A DNA stretch of 64,000 nt from Octopus vulgaris (Eukaryota), in assembly GCA_951406725.2 (NCBI GenBank), contig OX597836.1, forward strand, positions 992,001 through 1,056,000, read 5' to 3'. The notes beneath the pieces were generated by a model. The model was given only the letters and a program-made list of their open reading frames with translations, had not been told where the DNA came from and ran no database searches. The position numbers and the translations under genes are program-made. This document shows, piece by piece, positions 63,427 through 64,000 of the stretch (positions are counted from its first letter, which is position 1; each line of letters begins with the position of its first letter).

Positions 63427-64000
63427 TGTATATGTACACACAGATGTACACACACTCATCCTCACCCTCACACACACACACATATATATATATGTAAATA
63501 TATCTGAATGTGGATGCGTTAGTATGTATGCGGACGCGTGTGCTTACAACTGCTTTTGACTTGGTATGTTTCTTGTACAGATGGATAGTGATTTCATCAC
63601 ATACGCTTCGTTTCATAGAACTCGTTGACTCTCTCTCTTTCTCTCTCTCTCTCACACACACACAAACACACACACACACATGCATACAGCAGTACGTGTG
63701 CGCATACACGTGCACACTCCCATATGGAAATATATTGCTATACATTCGCATATATAAATATTTTCTGAAAAAATATATGCAAAAGTACGCAATTATACAC
63801 GCAGTTATAAATACTCCGAGATATATGTTATATGTATGTATGTACACACATATCTTCTATATACACATTTATATACATATTTATATATATATATACATAC
63901 ATACACACATAAATATATATATATATATATGCATTAAGGTTATAATATATACATATATGTGTGTGTATATGCATGTGTGTGTATTTGTATATACACATTC
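61620..64000. repeat. Largely microsatellite / low-complexity DNA
   Basis: (TA)n, (CA)n and (TATG)n tracts with short unique spacers. Confidence 0.85.

Overview
Eukaryotic, gene-poor, repeat-dominated DNA. The very high density of (CA)n/(TA)n/(GA)n/(AAT)n microsatellites, the tRNA-headed SINE families and a TTAGGG motif fit a molluscan genome, most likely a coleoid cephalopod (Octopus-like); this is inferred, not proven. I cannot support any intact host protein-coding gene, rRNA, tRNA or CRISPR array, and nearly all ORFs in the supplied track are microsatellite translations. The recognisable content is transposon-derived: three tRNA-derived SINE families plus an older dispersed repeat; five restriction-like-endonuclease (R4/Dong-type) LINE 3' fragments; Tc1 (DD36E), maT (about DD37D), mariner and pogo/Tigger remnants; MITEs, including a GG-terminated element with an 8-bp TSD and internal TTAGGG; and Penelope-like terminal fragments forming hairpins. 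The best candidate is a 712-bp TSD-flanked bipartite RTE derivative (43381-44092). Its first 150 nt thread onto an HDV/CPEB3-type self-cleaving ribozyme fold whose predicted cleavage site coincides with the element's 5' boundary. About 130 nt of its 5' region recur as the body of a tRNA-headed SINE at 61280-61620. All alignments and folds were done by eye.
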